DNA of 64,000 nt from assembly GCA_016939365.1 (NCBI GenBank), contig JAFGHD010000020.1, positions 1,758-65,757 on the forward strand, read 5' to 3'. Positions 1-9,367 of this stretch are shown here, piece by piece (the stretch's first letter is position 1; every line of letters begins with the position of its first letter). The notes under the pieces are model-generated. The model worked only from the letters and a program-made list of their open reading frames with translations. It made no database searches and had not been told where the DNA came from. The position numbers were made by a program, and so were the translations under genes. This DNA comes from Bacteroidales bacterium (GTDB lineage Bacteria; Bacteroidota; Bacteroidia; Bacteroidales; JAFGHD01).

Positions 1-183
1 TCATAAACTACAGGGATAGGTTGCTGACGTGTAAATTTCAAGCCGGTTTTCGCAAGCTCATAAGAAAGTTATTTCTTCATAGACAGATTCAAAAAGACCC
101 GGGCCAAGTGCCTTGTGAATATGATAACAGAGATCGACGATCACACCAGATATTTCGTTCTCATGCATAGCCTGATTTTTCAT
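1..183 (-). pseudogene. GxxExxY family protein, frameshifted and truncated by the window edge
   Basis: Manual translation from ATG at 183 gives MKNQAMHENEISGVIVDLCYHIHKALGPGLFESVYEEI, then TFL and a stop at 58-60. Removing one base at about 69-70 restores LSYELAKTGLKFTRQQPIPVVY, the expected continuation. GPGLFESVYE is the GxxExxY signature. Not in the ORF track. Confidence 0.85.
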
Positions 184-204
184 AATTTCCGGATAACCAA
201 TTTT

Positions 205-231
205 TCACGCAGAGGCGCAAAGGGTGCAGAG
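205..231 (+). repeat. Short degenerate GCAGAG/GCAAAG triple repeat upstream of the GxxExxY gene
   Basis: TCACGCAGAGGCGCAAAGGGTGCAGAG contains three 8-9 bp units (CGCAGAGG, CGCAAAGGG, TGCAGAG). Confidence 0.65.
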
Positions 232-248
232 AAATTAAGGTGACATTA

Positions 249-878
249 TTAATCTACATCGAAGATCAGTTTTGGATCATTGAAGAAAGAGATGTTCCTG
301 CGGATCATGTCGTCGTCCCAGTCCCACCATTGGAGGGCCAGAAGCTTTTGCCGTGTGATTTCGTCGAAGCGGTAGCGGTGGTGGGCGGCCGGGCTGCCGA
401 TCACGATGGAATAAGGTTCGACATCCTTTGTCACGAGTGCGTTCGCCCCGATGACGGCGCCGTCCCCCACCCTGACGCCGGCCAGTATGACCGCCCCGGT
501 ACCGATCCAGACGTCGTTGCCGATAACGCAGGGCTGCGTTACCTCCTCAGCAAAAGGTTTCTTTTCATTCACGAAGCCGTATTTAGGGTCGTATGCAAAG
601 GGGTGGCTGCTGACCCAGGCAGTGGGATGGTTGCCCAGGCCGATCCGGACGTGGTAGGCGATGGAGCAGAACCGCCCGATGGAGGCCGTGTTCCTGTCGA
701 CCAGGCAATATTTTCCGATGTAGGTATATTTGCCGATGTGTCCGGCCTGGATGTGCGATCCATACTCAAGGGTAACGCCTCTCTCCATTTTCACACGTCT
801 TGAAAGGGAAGCTGCCTTGATGGTGCAGGAGGGATGGTTGATCCGCAGCCAGATTTTCCAGAGAGCTTGAGCGAGCAT
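249..878 (-). CDS. Hexapeptide-repeat O-acetyltransferase (CatB/Vat-like), probably acting on a glycan
   Basis: IGRFCSIA, IGNDVWIG, VGDGAVIGANALVTKDVEPYSIVIGSPA and LQWWDW motifs. Lies downstream of the epimerase in a glycan operon. Confidence 0.85.
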   Translation of the reverse strand: MLAQALWKIWLRINHPSCTIKAASLSRRVKMERGVTLEYGSHIQAGHIGKYTYIGKYCLVDRNTASIGRFCSIAYHVRIGLGNHPTAWVSSHPFAYDPKYGFVNEKKPFAEEVTQPCVIGNDVWIGTGAVILAGVRVGDGAVIGANALVTKDVEPYSIVIGSPAAHHRYRFDEITRQKLLALQWWDWDDDMIRRNISFFNDPKLIFDVD

Positions 879-887
879 AAGTTAAAA

Positions 888-1997
888 TTACAATTCTTTT
901 TCGAGCACCTGGGTGATGCGTCCTGCCGTTTGCCCGTCCCAGAGGGCGGGAACCGATCCTTTTTTCCATGTACCATCCATGGCTTTGTGCACCAGTTCCA
1001 GGATGCGGACGGTGGAGACACCTGCCAGCTCATTGGTGCCCTTTTCGACGGTGACAGGCCGTTCGGTGTTCTCCCTGATGGTGATGCAGGGCACACCATA
1101 GACAGTGGTTTCCTCCTGTATCCCCCCGCTGTCGGTCATCACGAAAAAGGCATCCCTGACCAGGCGGCTGAAGTCGAAATATCCCAGTGGATCCGTCATG
1201 ATCAATCCACTCATTCCCCGGACCTTCGCCTCCAGTCCCAGTGAGGATATCCTGTGAAAGGTGCGGGGATGGACGGGAAACACCACCGGCAGTTTCTTCT
1301 GTATCTCACCCAGGGCCTCAAGTATGGCGAACAGCGACTCATAGGCATCCACGTTGGACGGGCGATGGAGGGTAAGGACTGCATATTTGCCGTGTCTGAG
1401 TGACAGACGATCCAGGACGTTAGAGGCGCTGATCTGCGGCTGGAATTTCATCAGGGTGTCGATCATCACATTCCCGACCAGGAATATCCTGTGACCGGGT
1501 ATGCCTTCCGTGCGGAGGTTTTCGACAGCATCTGCCGAGGGTGGAAGCAGAATATCGGCGATGGCATCGGTCACCAGCCTGTTGATCTCTTCCGGCATGG
1601 AATGGTCGCGGCTGCGTATGCCCGCTTCCACATGGACGATGCGGATACCCTTCTTGACGGCCACAAGGCTGCAGGCCATGGTGGAGTTCACGTCACCGAC
1701 CACCAGAATCGCCCCGGGCTTGTCCCGGTCGGTGTATTCATCGAATTTCTCCATGATGGCAGCCACCTGCGCCGCCTGTGATCCGGATCCGACGTTCAGA
1801 AAAGCATCGGGCTCCGGTATCTGCAGCTCCCTGAAGAAACTCTCCGACATGGAGTAGTCATAATGCTGCCCGGTATGCAGCAGTACAGGGTCCAGGACTG
1901 CCGAACGTTTCATGCTTTCAATGATCGGGGCGATCTTGACGAAATTCGGTCTCGCCCCCACCACGTTGACCACCCTGATCTTTCCTTTATCCGCCAT
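888..1997 (-). CDS. wecB: UDP-N-acetylglucosamine 2-epimerase (non-hydrolysing) family
   Basis: GARPNFVK, HTGQHYD, VVGDVNS, HVEAGIRS, MPEEINR and TDSGGIQEE motifs. RPN instead of RPE leaves the exact substrate uncertain. Confidence 0.88.
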   Translation of the reverse strand: MADKGKIRVVNVVGARPNFVKIAPIIESMKRSAVLDPVLLHTGQHYDYSMSESFFRELQIPEPDAFLNVGSGSQAAQVAAIMEKFDEYTDRDKPGAILVVGDVNSTMACSLVAVKKGIRIVHVEAGIRSRDHSMPEEINRLVTDAIADILLPPSADAVENLRTEGIPGHRIFLVGNVMIDTLMKFQPQISASNVLDRLSLRHGKYAVLTLHRPSNVDAYESLFAILEALGEIQKKLPVVFPVHPRTFHRISSLGLEAKVRGMSGLIMTDPLGYFDFSRLVRDAFFVMTDSGGIQEETTVYGVPCITIRENTERPVTVEKGTNELAGVSTVRILELVHKAMDGTWKKGSVPALWDGQTAGRITQVLEKEL

Positions 1998-3306
1998 CTT
2001 TATTCTGTTTTAATATCCCATCGAGCAACCCGGCCATCTGCCCTGTCAGTTCCCGCCTGGAGTATTTCCGTATATCCTGCGTCCTCAAGTTCAGGAGGCC
2101 TTCCGAAAAGTCGCGGAAATATGATTCCACGATCCATTTCATATGTTCACGGTCTGAAAATCCCGCCACCTGTCCGGCACCCGTGGAGCGGATGATGGCC
2201 GCACTGTCGCCCTCTTCGGGTCCGATGCATAGGATGGGCCTCCGCGCAGCGAGGTACTCGAATATCTTGCCCGGTATGATGCCCTTCACGTTGGGGGTGT
2301 TGTTCAGAGGCAGCAGAAGAACGGCTGATGATGCAGCCTTTTCGAGCACCTCCCTGTGGGGAAGATATCCGATGATCTCAACGGCATCCGTCAGGCCGTT
2401 CCGTGCCAGGCTTTCCAGCACACGTGCATCGGTCTTGCCAATGAATCTGATCCTCATTTTATCGCGAAAAGCCTCATGATCGTGATGTAATCCGGCAAGC
2501 ACCTCCCAGAGTTTCTCCGGGTTACGGTCACTGTTCAATGATCCGATATGGGTGATGTCGAAATGCCCCGGGGCAGCGGGAGTAAAAGCAAGGAAATCCT
2601 TTTCATCGAAACCGTTGGTGACGACCCGTATCCTGGCGGATGCGAGTTTTCCGAGGTCATCCGCCCATGAAGGGCTGACAGTGGTCACCATATCGGCATG
2701 TTCCAGTACCATCCTTTCCATGCGGTGGTGTTTTCGGTCGGCCCAGGAGGTAAGCATCAGCCTGTCGTAGAAATCGATACCGGTCCATGGATCCCTGAAG
2801 TCAGCCAGCCAGGGGATGCCAAGATTTTGTTTCACACCCAGGCCGATCAGATGCATGGAATGCGGCGGGCCGTTGGTGACCATGGCATCTACCGGATTCT
2901 CAGCCAGCCATTTCCGCAGGAAGCGGACTGAGGGTCTGATCCAGAATTTACGGGCGTCTGGAATGAAGAGGTTGCCCCTGACCCAGACCGACACTCTTTC
3001 TGCAAGCGTGTTGCGGGATTGCCGTTCCGAAAGGAATCCTGCCGTGATCCGGTCACTTTTCTTCTGGCCGGTGAGCCTTTTGTAGACCAGGTATGGCTCG
3101 CGGATCGGCCTTTTGATCACCCGGATACCCTCGGGAACATCATACAGGAGCGTTTCATCAAATACAGGGGGCTCCGGGTTCTCAGGGGTGTACACGACGG
3201 GCTCCCAGCCATAGTCCCTCAGATATTTGACGAACTTCAGCCAGCGCTGCACTCCTGCACCCCCCGACGGCGGCCAGTAATATGTGATCACCAGCACTCT
3301 TCTCAT
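1987..3306 (-). CDS. Glycosyltransferase family 4
   Basis: YYWPPSGGAGVQRWLKF N-terminus, ADFRDPW and PGKIFEYL motifs. The ATG at 3306 overlaps the YfhO stop, with an alternative GTG at 3309. Confidence 0.9.
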   Translation of the reverse strand: MRRVLVITYYWPPSGGAGVQRWLKFVKYLRDYGWEPVVYTPENPEPPVFDETLLYDVPEGIRVIKRPIREPYLVYKRLTGQKKSDRITAGFLSERQSRNTLAERVSVWVRGNLFIPDARKFWIRPSVRFLRKWLAENPVDAMVTNGPPHSMHLIGLGVKQNLGIPWLADFRDPWTGIDFYDRLMLTSWADRKHHRMERMVLEHADMVTTVSPSWADDLGKLASARIRVVTNGFDEKDFLAFTPAAPGHFDITHIGSLNSDRNPEKLWEVLAGLHHDHEAFRDKMRIRFIGKTDARVLESLARNGLTDAVEIIGYLPHREVLEKAASSAVLLLPLNNTPNVKGIIPGKIFEYLAARRPILCIGPEEGDSAAIIRSTGAGQVAGFSDREHMKWIVESYFRDFSEGLLNLRTQDIRKYSRRELTGQMAGLLDGILKQNKDGG

Positions 3307-5729
3307 CACTTTCCCTTGTAGGAACGGTATATCTGCATGATACCGAAACCGGCTGCCAGAAGGAGCAGCAGCAGGGAACTGGCCAGGGAGATCTTTTCAC
3401 CGACCCGGAAAACCCGTGGCTCGAACCTGAATTCCACCTTGTGTTTACCTGATGGGATGATCATCCCCCTGAGGACATAGTTCAGGCGGAAATGGGGTGT
3501 CAGCTGCTCATCCACGTAAGCGTTCCATCCCTTATCATAGTAGATGTCGGAGAATACGGCCAGCTGGTCTCTTGATGTGTTCGACTGGAATATGAGGTGA
3601 TTCGGTTCATACTGGATCAGTCCAATCATGGCTGTGCTGTCGAATGAAGGCGTAAATCCGTTCAACACAGCCTGAAACCTTCGGTCAATCACAGCAGTGA
3701 CAGCGGGATCGAAATCGGAAAGGGCATTCAGTTCCTCATCCGCATTGTTCACCCAGAGGATATCACTGACAAACCAGGCGTTCCCCAGTGCCCGGGTATT
3801 GGGCAACACTTCCGGTTTGTTGTCATTGCCCTGGCGGATGATATATTTGGTATTGAGCATGTTGAGCACATCCATGTTGTTCTCCCGGATCTGGTGGTCA
3901 TACAGTTCCTGATAACGGCGGAGCTTGGCGCCGTGATAACCGCCGATGGAATTGTGGAACCAGGAGGTGGAGGCATCTGCAAAGGGATCGACAGTGAGAT
4001 TCATCACCCGGAAATAGGGATCCTTATCCTTCAGTATGATCTCGTCAGCCTGGGTCTTCGGAAAGGGTTTCTCCATCACCGAAGGATTGACGAAGTTTTC
4101 ATTGTTGAGGTAACGCTTGTTCACCGGCCAAAGATCCACCAGAATCAGAATACCGATCAATGCGATGGCGGGGACCTTCCTGATTTTTCCATAGAGGAAT
4201 GCCAGGATCACAGCGAGTGATGCCAGGATGAGGAGCAGGGAGCGGAAGGCATCCGACTGCAGCATATTTTTCCGGTCTTCCTCAAGGGCGGGGATGAGCC
4301 AGTCGGGCAGTACACCTGCATCCTGGGGGCTGCTGAAATCGAAAAACGCACCCGGCAGGAGGGCAAAAAGGAAAGCCAGACCACCGGCCACACCCAGGCC
4401 CCATTTTATGGCATGAATCTTCAGAGGGCGAACCATCTGTTCGTCAAAGATCCGGGCAAGGGCCAGCATGGCCAGCAGCGGAATGGACACTTCCGCGATT
4501 ACAAGGGTCATGGAAACGGCCCTGAACTTATTGTATCCGGGTACATAATCCAGAAACAAATCGGTCAGAGGCATGAAATTCCTGCCCCATGCCAGCGTGA
4601 TCGAGAGTATTGTTCCGGTAAGGAGCCACCACTTGAGCTTTCCTTTAACGAGTATCAGGCCGGTGATAAACAGAAACACCATGATGGCGCCTACGTAAAC
4701 CGGGCCGGATGTGAAGGGCTGAGGACCCCAGTAGGTGGGCATTCTTTGGATGTATTGTCTGGCCTGGTTCTCAGGTATCTGGTTTTTGACCATTTCACGG
4801 AAGGTGTGGGATGACTCGCTCATGGAGCCGTTGGAAGAGCCTCCCCTGACATTGGGGACCATGAGGGTGAATGTCTCCCCCACCCCATAGCTCCATTGGG
4901 TCGCATAATCCTTGTCAAGGCCCGAGGTGCGGTTTTCTTCCTCCGATGTGAGTTCCGTCTTTCCGCGGATGGTGTATTTACCGTATTCCCAGGTTGCCCA
5001 AAGGCTGGTGATATGTGTCATAACTGCAAGGACCGAAGCAAGAACAAGAAGGCCCGTGGCTTTGGCAAATTCCGCCAGTGTCTTCTGCCTCAGGTGTATA
5101 AAGAACTCAAAGAGAGCCAGGATTATGACCAGGAGTAACAGGTAATAGGTGATCTGGGGATGACCGGCATAGACCTGGAGTGCAAGTGCAAGGCCTGTGA
5201 TCAGGGCACCTGCCAGATAACGGCCGCGGTATGTCATGATGATACCGGCCAGCACAGGCGCCATATATCCGATGGAATGCGCTTTTGAGTTATGCCCGGC
5301 CTCCAGTATGATAAAGAAATAGGATGAGAACCCAAAAGCCACCGCGCCTACCATACTCAACCAGGGATTCATCCGCAAGGTCAGCATCAGAAAATAGAAT
5401 CCCAGCATGTAAAGAAACACCAGGCCGGCCGGATGCGGCAGCCCGAGCCGGATCACATCATCCAGGAAACGGATGAGATTGCCCTTGTATTTGACGGATA
5501 TCTGGTAAGCCGGCATGCCGCTGAACATCGAGTTGGTCCACAGGGGCTCCCCACCTGTCCTGTCGCGGAACTCCACAATCTCCCTCGACATCCCCTTATG
5601 CCGCATAATGTCATCCTGCCTGAGACGCTTGCCCTCGAAAAGAGGGTTAAGATATATGAAGGTGATCAAAATGAAAATCACAAGGGCCACTGCATGAGGG
5701 AGCCCGCTCCGGATGAGGGTCGTGTTCAT
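3306..5729 (-). CDS. YfhO family polytopic membrane protein (putative GT-C glycosyltransferase)
   Basis: LWTNSMFSGMPAYQI, GHPQITYY, SIGGYHGAKLRRYQEL and YYDKGWNAYVD...NYVLRGM...G.H.VEFRFEP motifs, with many TM segments. Confidence 0.88.
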   Translation of the reverse strand: MNTTLIRSGLPHAVALVIFILITFIYLNPLFEGKRLRQDDIMRHKGMSREIVEFRDRTGGEPLWTNSMFSGMPAYQISVKYKGNLIRFLDDVIRLGLPHPAGLVFLYMLGFYFLMLTLRMNPWLSMVGAVAFGFSSYFFIILEAGHNSKAHSIGYMAPVLAGIIMTYRGRYLAGALITGLALALQVYAGHPQITYYLLLLVIILALFEFFIHLRQKTLAEFAKATGLLVLASVLAVMTHITSLWATWEYGKYTIRGKTELTSEEENRTSGLDKDYATQWSYGVGETFTLMVPNVRGGSSNGSMSESSHTFREMVKNQIPENQARQYIQRMPTYWGPQPFTSGPVYVGAIMVFLFITGLILVKGKLKWWLLTGTILSITLAWGRNFMPLTDLFLDYVPGYNKFRAVSMTLVIAEVSIPLLAMLALARIFDEQMVRPLKIHAIKWGLGVAGGLAFLFALLPGAFFDFSSPQDAGVLPDWLIPALEEDRKNMLQSDAFRSLLLILASLAVILAFLYGKIRKVPAIALIGILILVDLWPVNKRYLNNENFVNPSVMEKPFPKTQADEIILKDKDPYFRVMNLTVDPFADASTSWFHNSIGGYHGAKLRRYQELYDHQIRENNMDVLNMLNTKYIIRQGNDNKPEVLPNTRALGNAWFVSDILWVNNADEELNALSDFDPAVTAVIDRRFQAVLNGFTPSFDSTAMIGLIQYEPNHLIFQSNTSRDQLAVFSDIYYDKGWNAYVDEQLTPHFRLNYVLRGMIIPSGKHKVEFRFEPRVFRVGEKISLASSLLLLLLAAGFGIMQIYRSYKGK

Positions 5730-5858
5730 AACTGGGTGATGTCTGTATTGATATTCCTTCTGAATCGCCGGATCATCATCTGACGGATGAATGATTTAAT
5801 CTCTTCATCGAGTGAAGAGTGATAACAAAAGTAAGAAACATCAGGGTACGTGATATGT

Positions 5859-5899
5859 AAAAACAAAGGAGACTGCTTCGCTTTGTGAAGCAGTCTCCT
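5859..5899 (-). terminator. Intrinsic terminator of rpmH
   Basis: 13-bp inverted repeat AGGAGACTGCTTC (5867-5879) / GAAGCAGTCTCCT (5887-5899), followed on the minus strand by a T-rich tract. Confidence 0.85.
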
Positions 5900-5927
5900 C
5901 ATTGCAAGGTCAACTAACCCTGTTCTG

Positions 5928-6086
5928 TTATCGTTTATCGAGCTTTTCGTCTGAAACGCTGAGTTTCTTCCTTCCCTTGGCCCTTCTGTCCGACAACACC
6001 TTCCTGCCATTCTTCGTTGCCATGCGGGATCTGAAACCGTGTTTATTCGCTCTTTTCCTTCTGGAGGGCTGAAAAGTCCTTTTCAT
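5928..6086 (-). CDS. rpmH: 50S ribosomal protein L34
   Basis: Manual translation gives [52 protein letters not shown] (52 aa). Not in the ORF track. Confidence 0.98.
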   Translation of the reverse strand: MKRTFQPSRRKRANKHGFRSRMATKNGRKVLSDRRAKGRKKLSVSDEKLDKR

Positions 6087-6108
6087 GTTGTCCTGAATTT
6101 TGGAGGTG

Positions 6109-6139
6109 CAAAGATATAACTAATTTCTTTCAGGGCAAA
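6109..6139 (-). promoter_or_regulatory. Bacteroidota primary-sigma promoter for rpmH
   Basis: Minus strand reads TTTG (6136-6139), 19 nt, TATCTTTG (6109-6116), matching TTTG-N19-21-TAnnTTTG. Confidence 0.8.
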
Positions 6140-6174
6140 TTTTTTATACAATCTTTCAGGAATAGCGTTGTATT

Positions 6175-7632
6175 TCATTTCACGGCGGGTACCGCCCTGA
6201 GTGTTTCCACAAGGAATTCCCAGAATCGGGCCACGGTTCCGATATGTACCTTTTCATCCGGTGAATGAGGATATCGTATGGTAGGTCCGAAGGAGATCAT
6301 GTCCCATCCGGGATAGGCAGACCCTAAAATACCGCACTCCAGCCCGGCGTGTATGGCCTTGACCTGAGGTATCTTTCCCCATTTCCTGTTATACACATCC
6401 TTCATGATACCGAGTATTTCCGATTCAGGATTGGGCTTCCAACCCGGATATTGTCCGTCCATAACGACCTCGGCACCGGCCAGGCTGAAAACGGAGGCCA
6501 CCATATGCTCCAGATCCTCCTTCGCTGAGTCCACGGAACTGCGGAGCAGGCATTGTACTTTCACCTCACCATTACCGGATTTGACGATGGCCAGGTTGGT
6601 GGAGGTCTCCACAAGGCCGGGCATGGAGTCATTCATCCGGATCACCCCATTGGGACAGCCGTAAACGGAGAGGATCAGACTCTCCTGCGTGGCAGAATCC
6701 ATCACAAATGTGGGTTTACCCGTCTCTTCAGCGGTGATCCTCAGATCAGGTTCGGTGACCTTTAATTCGGCCTTCACTGTCTGTTCAAATTCCCTGATGC
6801 ACTCAAGCAACTTCTCCTTGTTTGCCATAGGGACTGTAATGACGGCAAATGACTCCCTGGGTATGGCATTTCTCAGATTTCCGCCGTCAACGGAGGACAT
6901 CCGCACTCCGTGCTTTCCCGCTGCATGGCGGAGGTATCGGAACAACACCTTGTTCGAGTTTCCCCTGCCAATACCGATATCGAGTCCGGAGTGACCGCCT
7001 TTCAATCCGACCACTTTGATACGGAGGGCCACATGATCCGAAGGGACCGGCTCCTGCTGATACCTGAACTTCATGTTGGCATTGGTACCGCCCGCACATC
7101 CGATATAGAGCTCGCCTTCATCCTCGGAATCCATGTTAAGCAGGATATGCCCGTCAAGAAGTCCCGGTTTCAGATGGAATGCACCGGTCATACCGGTTTC
7201 CTCATCCACCGTGAACAATCCCTCCACCGGGCCGTGGGGGATATCCTTTGATTCGAGAATGGCCAGGGCAGCCGCAACGCCGATCCCGTTGTCCGATCCC
7301 AGGGTAGTTCCCCTCGCGGTCACCCACTCCCCATCCACATAGGCATCTATCGGATCCTTCTCGAAATCATGGTCTGTATCACTGTTCTTTTGCGGAACGA
7401 TATCAAGATGACCCTGAAGGATCACTCCTTTCCGGTTTTCCATCCCGGGTGACGCCGGTTTTTTGATGATCACATTACCCACGTCGTCCACATGGGTTTT
7501 CAATCCCAGTCTTTCCCCGAATTGTTTTACATATTCCACAGCTTTGGCCTCATGGCCAGACGGCCTGGGGATACTGACGAGGTCATGAAAGAATTTCCAG
7601 AGCAACTGGGGCTCCAAATGTTTTATTTCCAT
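6175..7632 (-). CDS. pepD: Aminoacyl-histidine dipeptidase (M20C)
   Basis: IPRPSGHE, LQGHLDIV, TTLGSDNGIG, DEETGMTGA, NMDSED, IHAGLECG and PHSPDE motifs. Confidence 0.95.
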   Translation of the reverse strand: MEIKHLEPQLLWKFFHDLVSIPRPSGHEAKAVEYVKQFGERLGLKTHVDDVGNVIIKKPASPGMENRKGVILQGHLDIVPQKNSDTDHDFEKDPIDAYVDGEWVTARGTTLGSDNGIGVAAALAILESKDIPHGPVEGLFTVDEETGMTGAFHLKPGLLDGHILLNMDSEDEGELYIGCAGGTNANMKFRYQQEPVPSDHVALRIKVVGLKGGHSGLDIGIGRGNSNKVLFRYLRHAAGKHGVRMSSVDGGNLRNAIPRESFAVITVPMANKEKLLECIREFEQTVKAELKVTEPDLRITAEETGKPTFVMDSATQESLILSVYGCPNGVIRMNDSMPGLVETSTNLAIVKSGNGEVKVQCLLRSSVDSAKEDLEHMVASVFSLAGAEVVMDGQYPGWKPNPESEILGIMKDVYNRKWGKIPQVKAIHAGLECGILGSAYPGWDMISFGPTIRYPHSPDEKVHIGTVARFWEFLVETLRAVPAVK

Positions 7633-7669
7633 AATTCTGAACTATTTATGATGTTATTGAACCCGTTCA

Positions 7670-9217
7670 TTACAATGGTTTCTGGATATTGGGGTTTTCA
7701 AGACCGTATCCTTTCCTTTTGTCCACAACTTTGAGCAACAAGGCGAATATAAGGGAAGAAAGGCTGAGGCCCACGAAGATCATCCAGGTGGTTGTATAGT
7801 TGTACATCGGTATCTCTCCGGCCTCCCTGAGCCGGATGATGATGTTCGATACTTCGGTTGAAGTAAAGCTGGTGATGCTGCTGATCTTCCCTTCGTCCAT
7901 CATTGCCTGGATGATGGGCTGGGCAGTTTCCGGTATGTTGCCGCTGATCAGGTTTTCACGGTACTGGGTGATGGCGGCCGACACATCCGGGTTGGTCTTT
8001 TCGAGTACTTTCCCGATAGTTGTAGGCACCAGCCACAATCCGATATTCTGTATCCAGAAGATCAGGGCGTACGCAGTCCCGAGGAGGCTTTCCGGGATGA
8101 TCTTGGGCACGGAGGGCCACATGGCCGAAGGTACCAGAGAAAAACCTATACCCAGAAGAATTACCGCAAAAATGGCCAGACCCGGGTATGTCAGCCCGGG
8201 GATGAACAAAATGACATGCACAATGATCAGCAATACGGCTCCAAGTATCATGATGCTGGCACCCTTTCCCTTTCTGTCATAAAGATTTCCAAAGAACGGG
8301 GTCAGGAACAGGGTACCGAAAGGAAGAAGGCTTGGAATATAACTGGCAAAATTCATGGATATGCCGTACTTATTGAACATAAGGTCTGTACCATATTTAT
8401 AGAAGGGAAACACCGCCGAATAAAACAGTACGCAAAGTATTGCGATCAGCCAGAATCCAACGCTGGAAAAAATCTTTCCGATATCGGAAAATTTGAATTG
8501 TTCTTCACTGAAATCGGGGTTGGCTCCTTTGGTTTCCTTTTCGAGTCTGACATCCATAAAGAAATAGACAATGAATGTGATGAGTCCGATACAGAGCAGG
8601 ATGGCACCGATGAGGATGGATGTCGGGATCGATGTATTTCTGGCTACCACCGGAGCGAATGCCATGGCTGCGAAAGTGCCGAGACGGGCACAGGCCATCT
8701 CCAGTCCCATTGCGAGGGCCAGTTCCCTTCCCTTGAACCACTTCACGATCACCCTTGACACCGTAATTCCCGCAAATTCGACACCTACCCCAAAAAGGGC
8801 ATAGCCCAGACAAGCGCCCAGTACCTGGGGTGTGAATGCAACCGTTTTGAACTCATCAAAAACAAAAAAGTGTATCTCACCAACAGCCGGAAGATACTTC
8901 ACGGAATAATATTTGATCCCTGCACCTATGACCATAATGACGGCAGATGCTATACCGGATATTCTCATGCCGATCTTATCCAATACGATTCCGGCTATGA
9001 TCAGCATAAACAGAAAAACGTTGAACCATCCATAGGCTCCGGTCACATAACCGAAGTCGCTGCTGGTCCAACCCAGCTCGGATTCAAGCATCGGTTTCAG
9101 CGGAGATATGATCTCGGTGAACAGATAACCGGTTAACATGGTAAAGGCTACAATGGCAAGGGCGCTCCACCGTGCTACTTTGGATTCCCTCAGTGTCTTT
9201 TTGATCGCTTCGGTCAT
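7670..9217 (-). CDS. MFS transporter, MFSD1-like
   Basis: About 12 TM segments with LDKIG and YDRKG motif-A loops. WFKGRELALAMGL...ARLG and LGTAYALIFWIQNIGL resemble the MFSD1 family. Confidence 0.85.
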   Translation of the reverse strand: MTEAIKKTLRESKVARWSALAIVAFTMLTGYLFTEIISPLKPMLESELGWTSSDFGYVTGAYGWFNVFLFMLIIAGIVLDKIGMRISGIASAVIMVIGAGIKYYSVKYLPAVGEIHFFVFDEFKTVAFTPQVLGACLGYALFGVGVEFAGITVSRVIVKWFKGRELALAMGLEMACARLGTFAAMAFAPVVARNTSIPTSILIGAILLCIGLITFIVYFFMDVRLEKETKGANPDFSEEQFKFSDIGKIFSSVGFWLIAILCVLFYSAVFPFYKYGTDLMFNKYGISMNFASYIPSLLPFGTLFLTPFFGNLYDRKGKGASIMILGAVLLIIVHVILFIPGLTYPGLAIFAVILLGIGFSLVPSAMWPSVPKIIPESLLGTAYALIFWIQNIGLWLVPTTIGKVLEKTNPDVSAAITQYRENLISGNIPETAQPIIQAMMDEGKISSITSFTSTEVSNIIIRLREAGEIPMYNYTTTWMIFVGLSLSSLIFALLLKVVDKRKGYGLENPNIQKPL

Positions 9218-9367
9218 AGCCAGTTTGTTTGATTTTTTAGAGGATTGAATGGGCGAAGATAATTAAATTCCTGATGCAGTTTTAACAGAAAAAATAGACG
9301 GTGGGTGGTATCTCCGTCATGGATCAGGTAAATTTAAGTGTCATGCCGCGATACCGGCAATCTGGTA

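Noticed and set aside
240-803. 187-aa plus-strand ORF, and the many similar short ORFs nested in larger genes
   Set aside because: Antisense or alternate-frame shadows of well-supported CDSs, with no motifs.
249-878. Antibiotic resistance gene (catB/vat)
   Set aside because: The fold is shared, but the gene sits in a glycan operon without integron or transposase context, so a sugar acetyltransferase is more likely.
5726-6010. 94-aa minus-strand ORF
   Set aside because: Overlaps rpmH out of frame and runs through its terminator.
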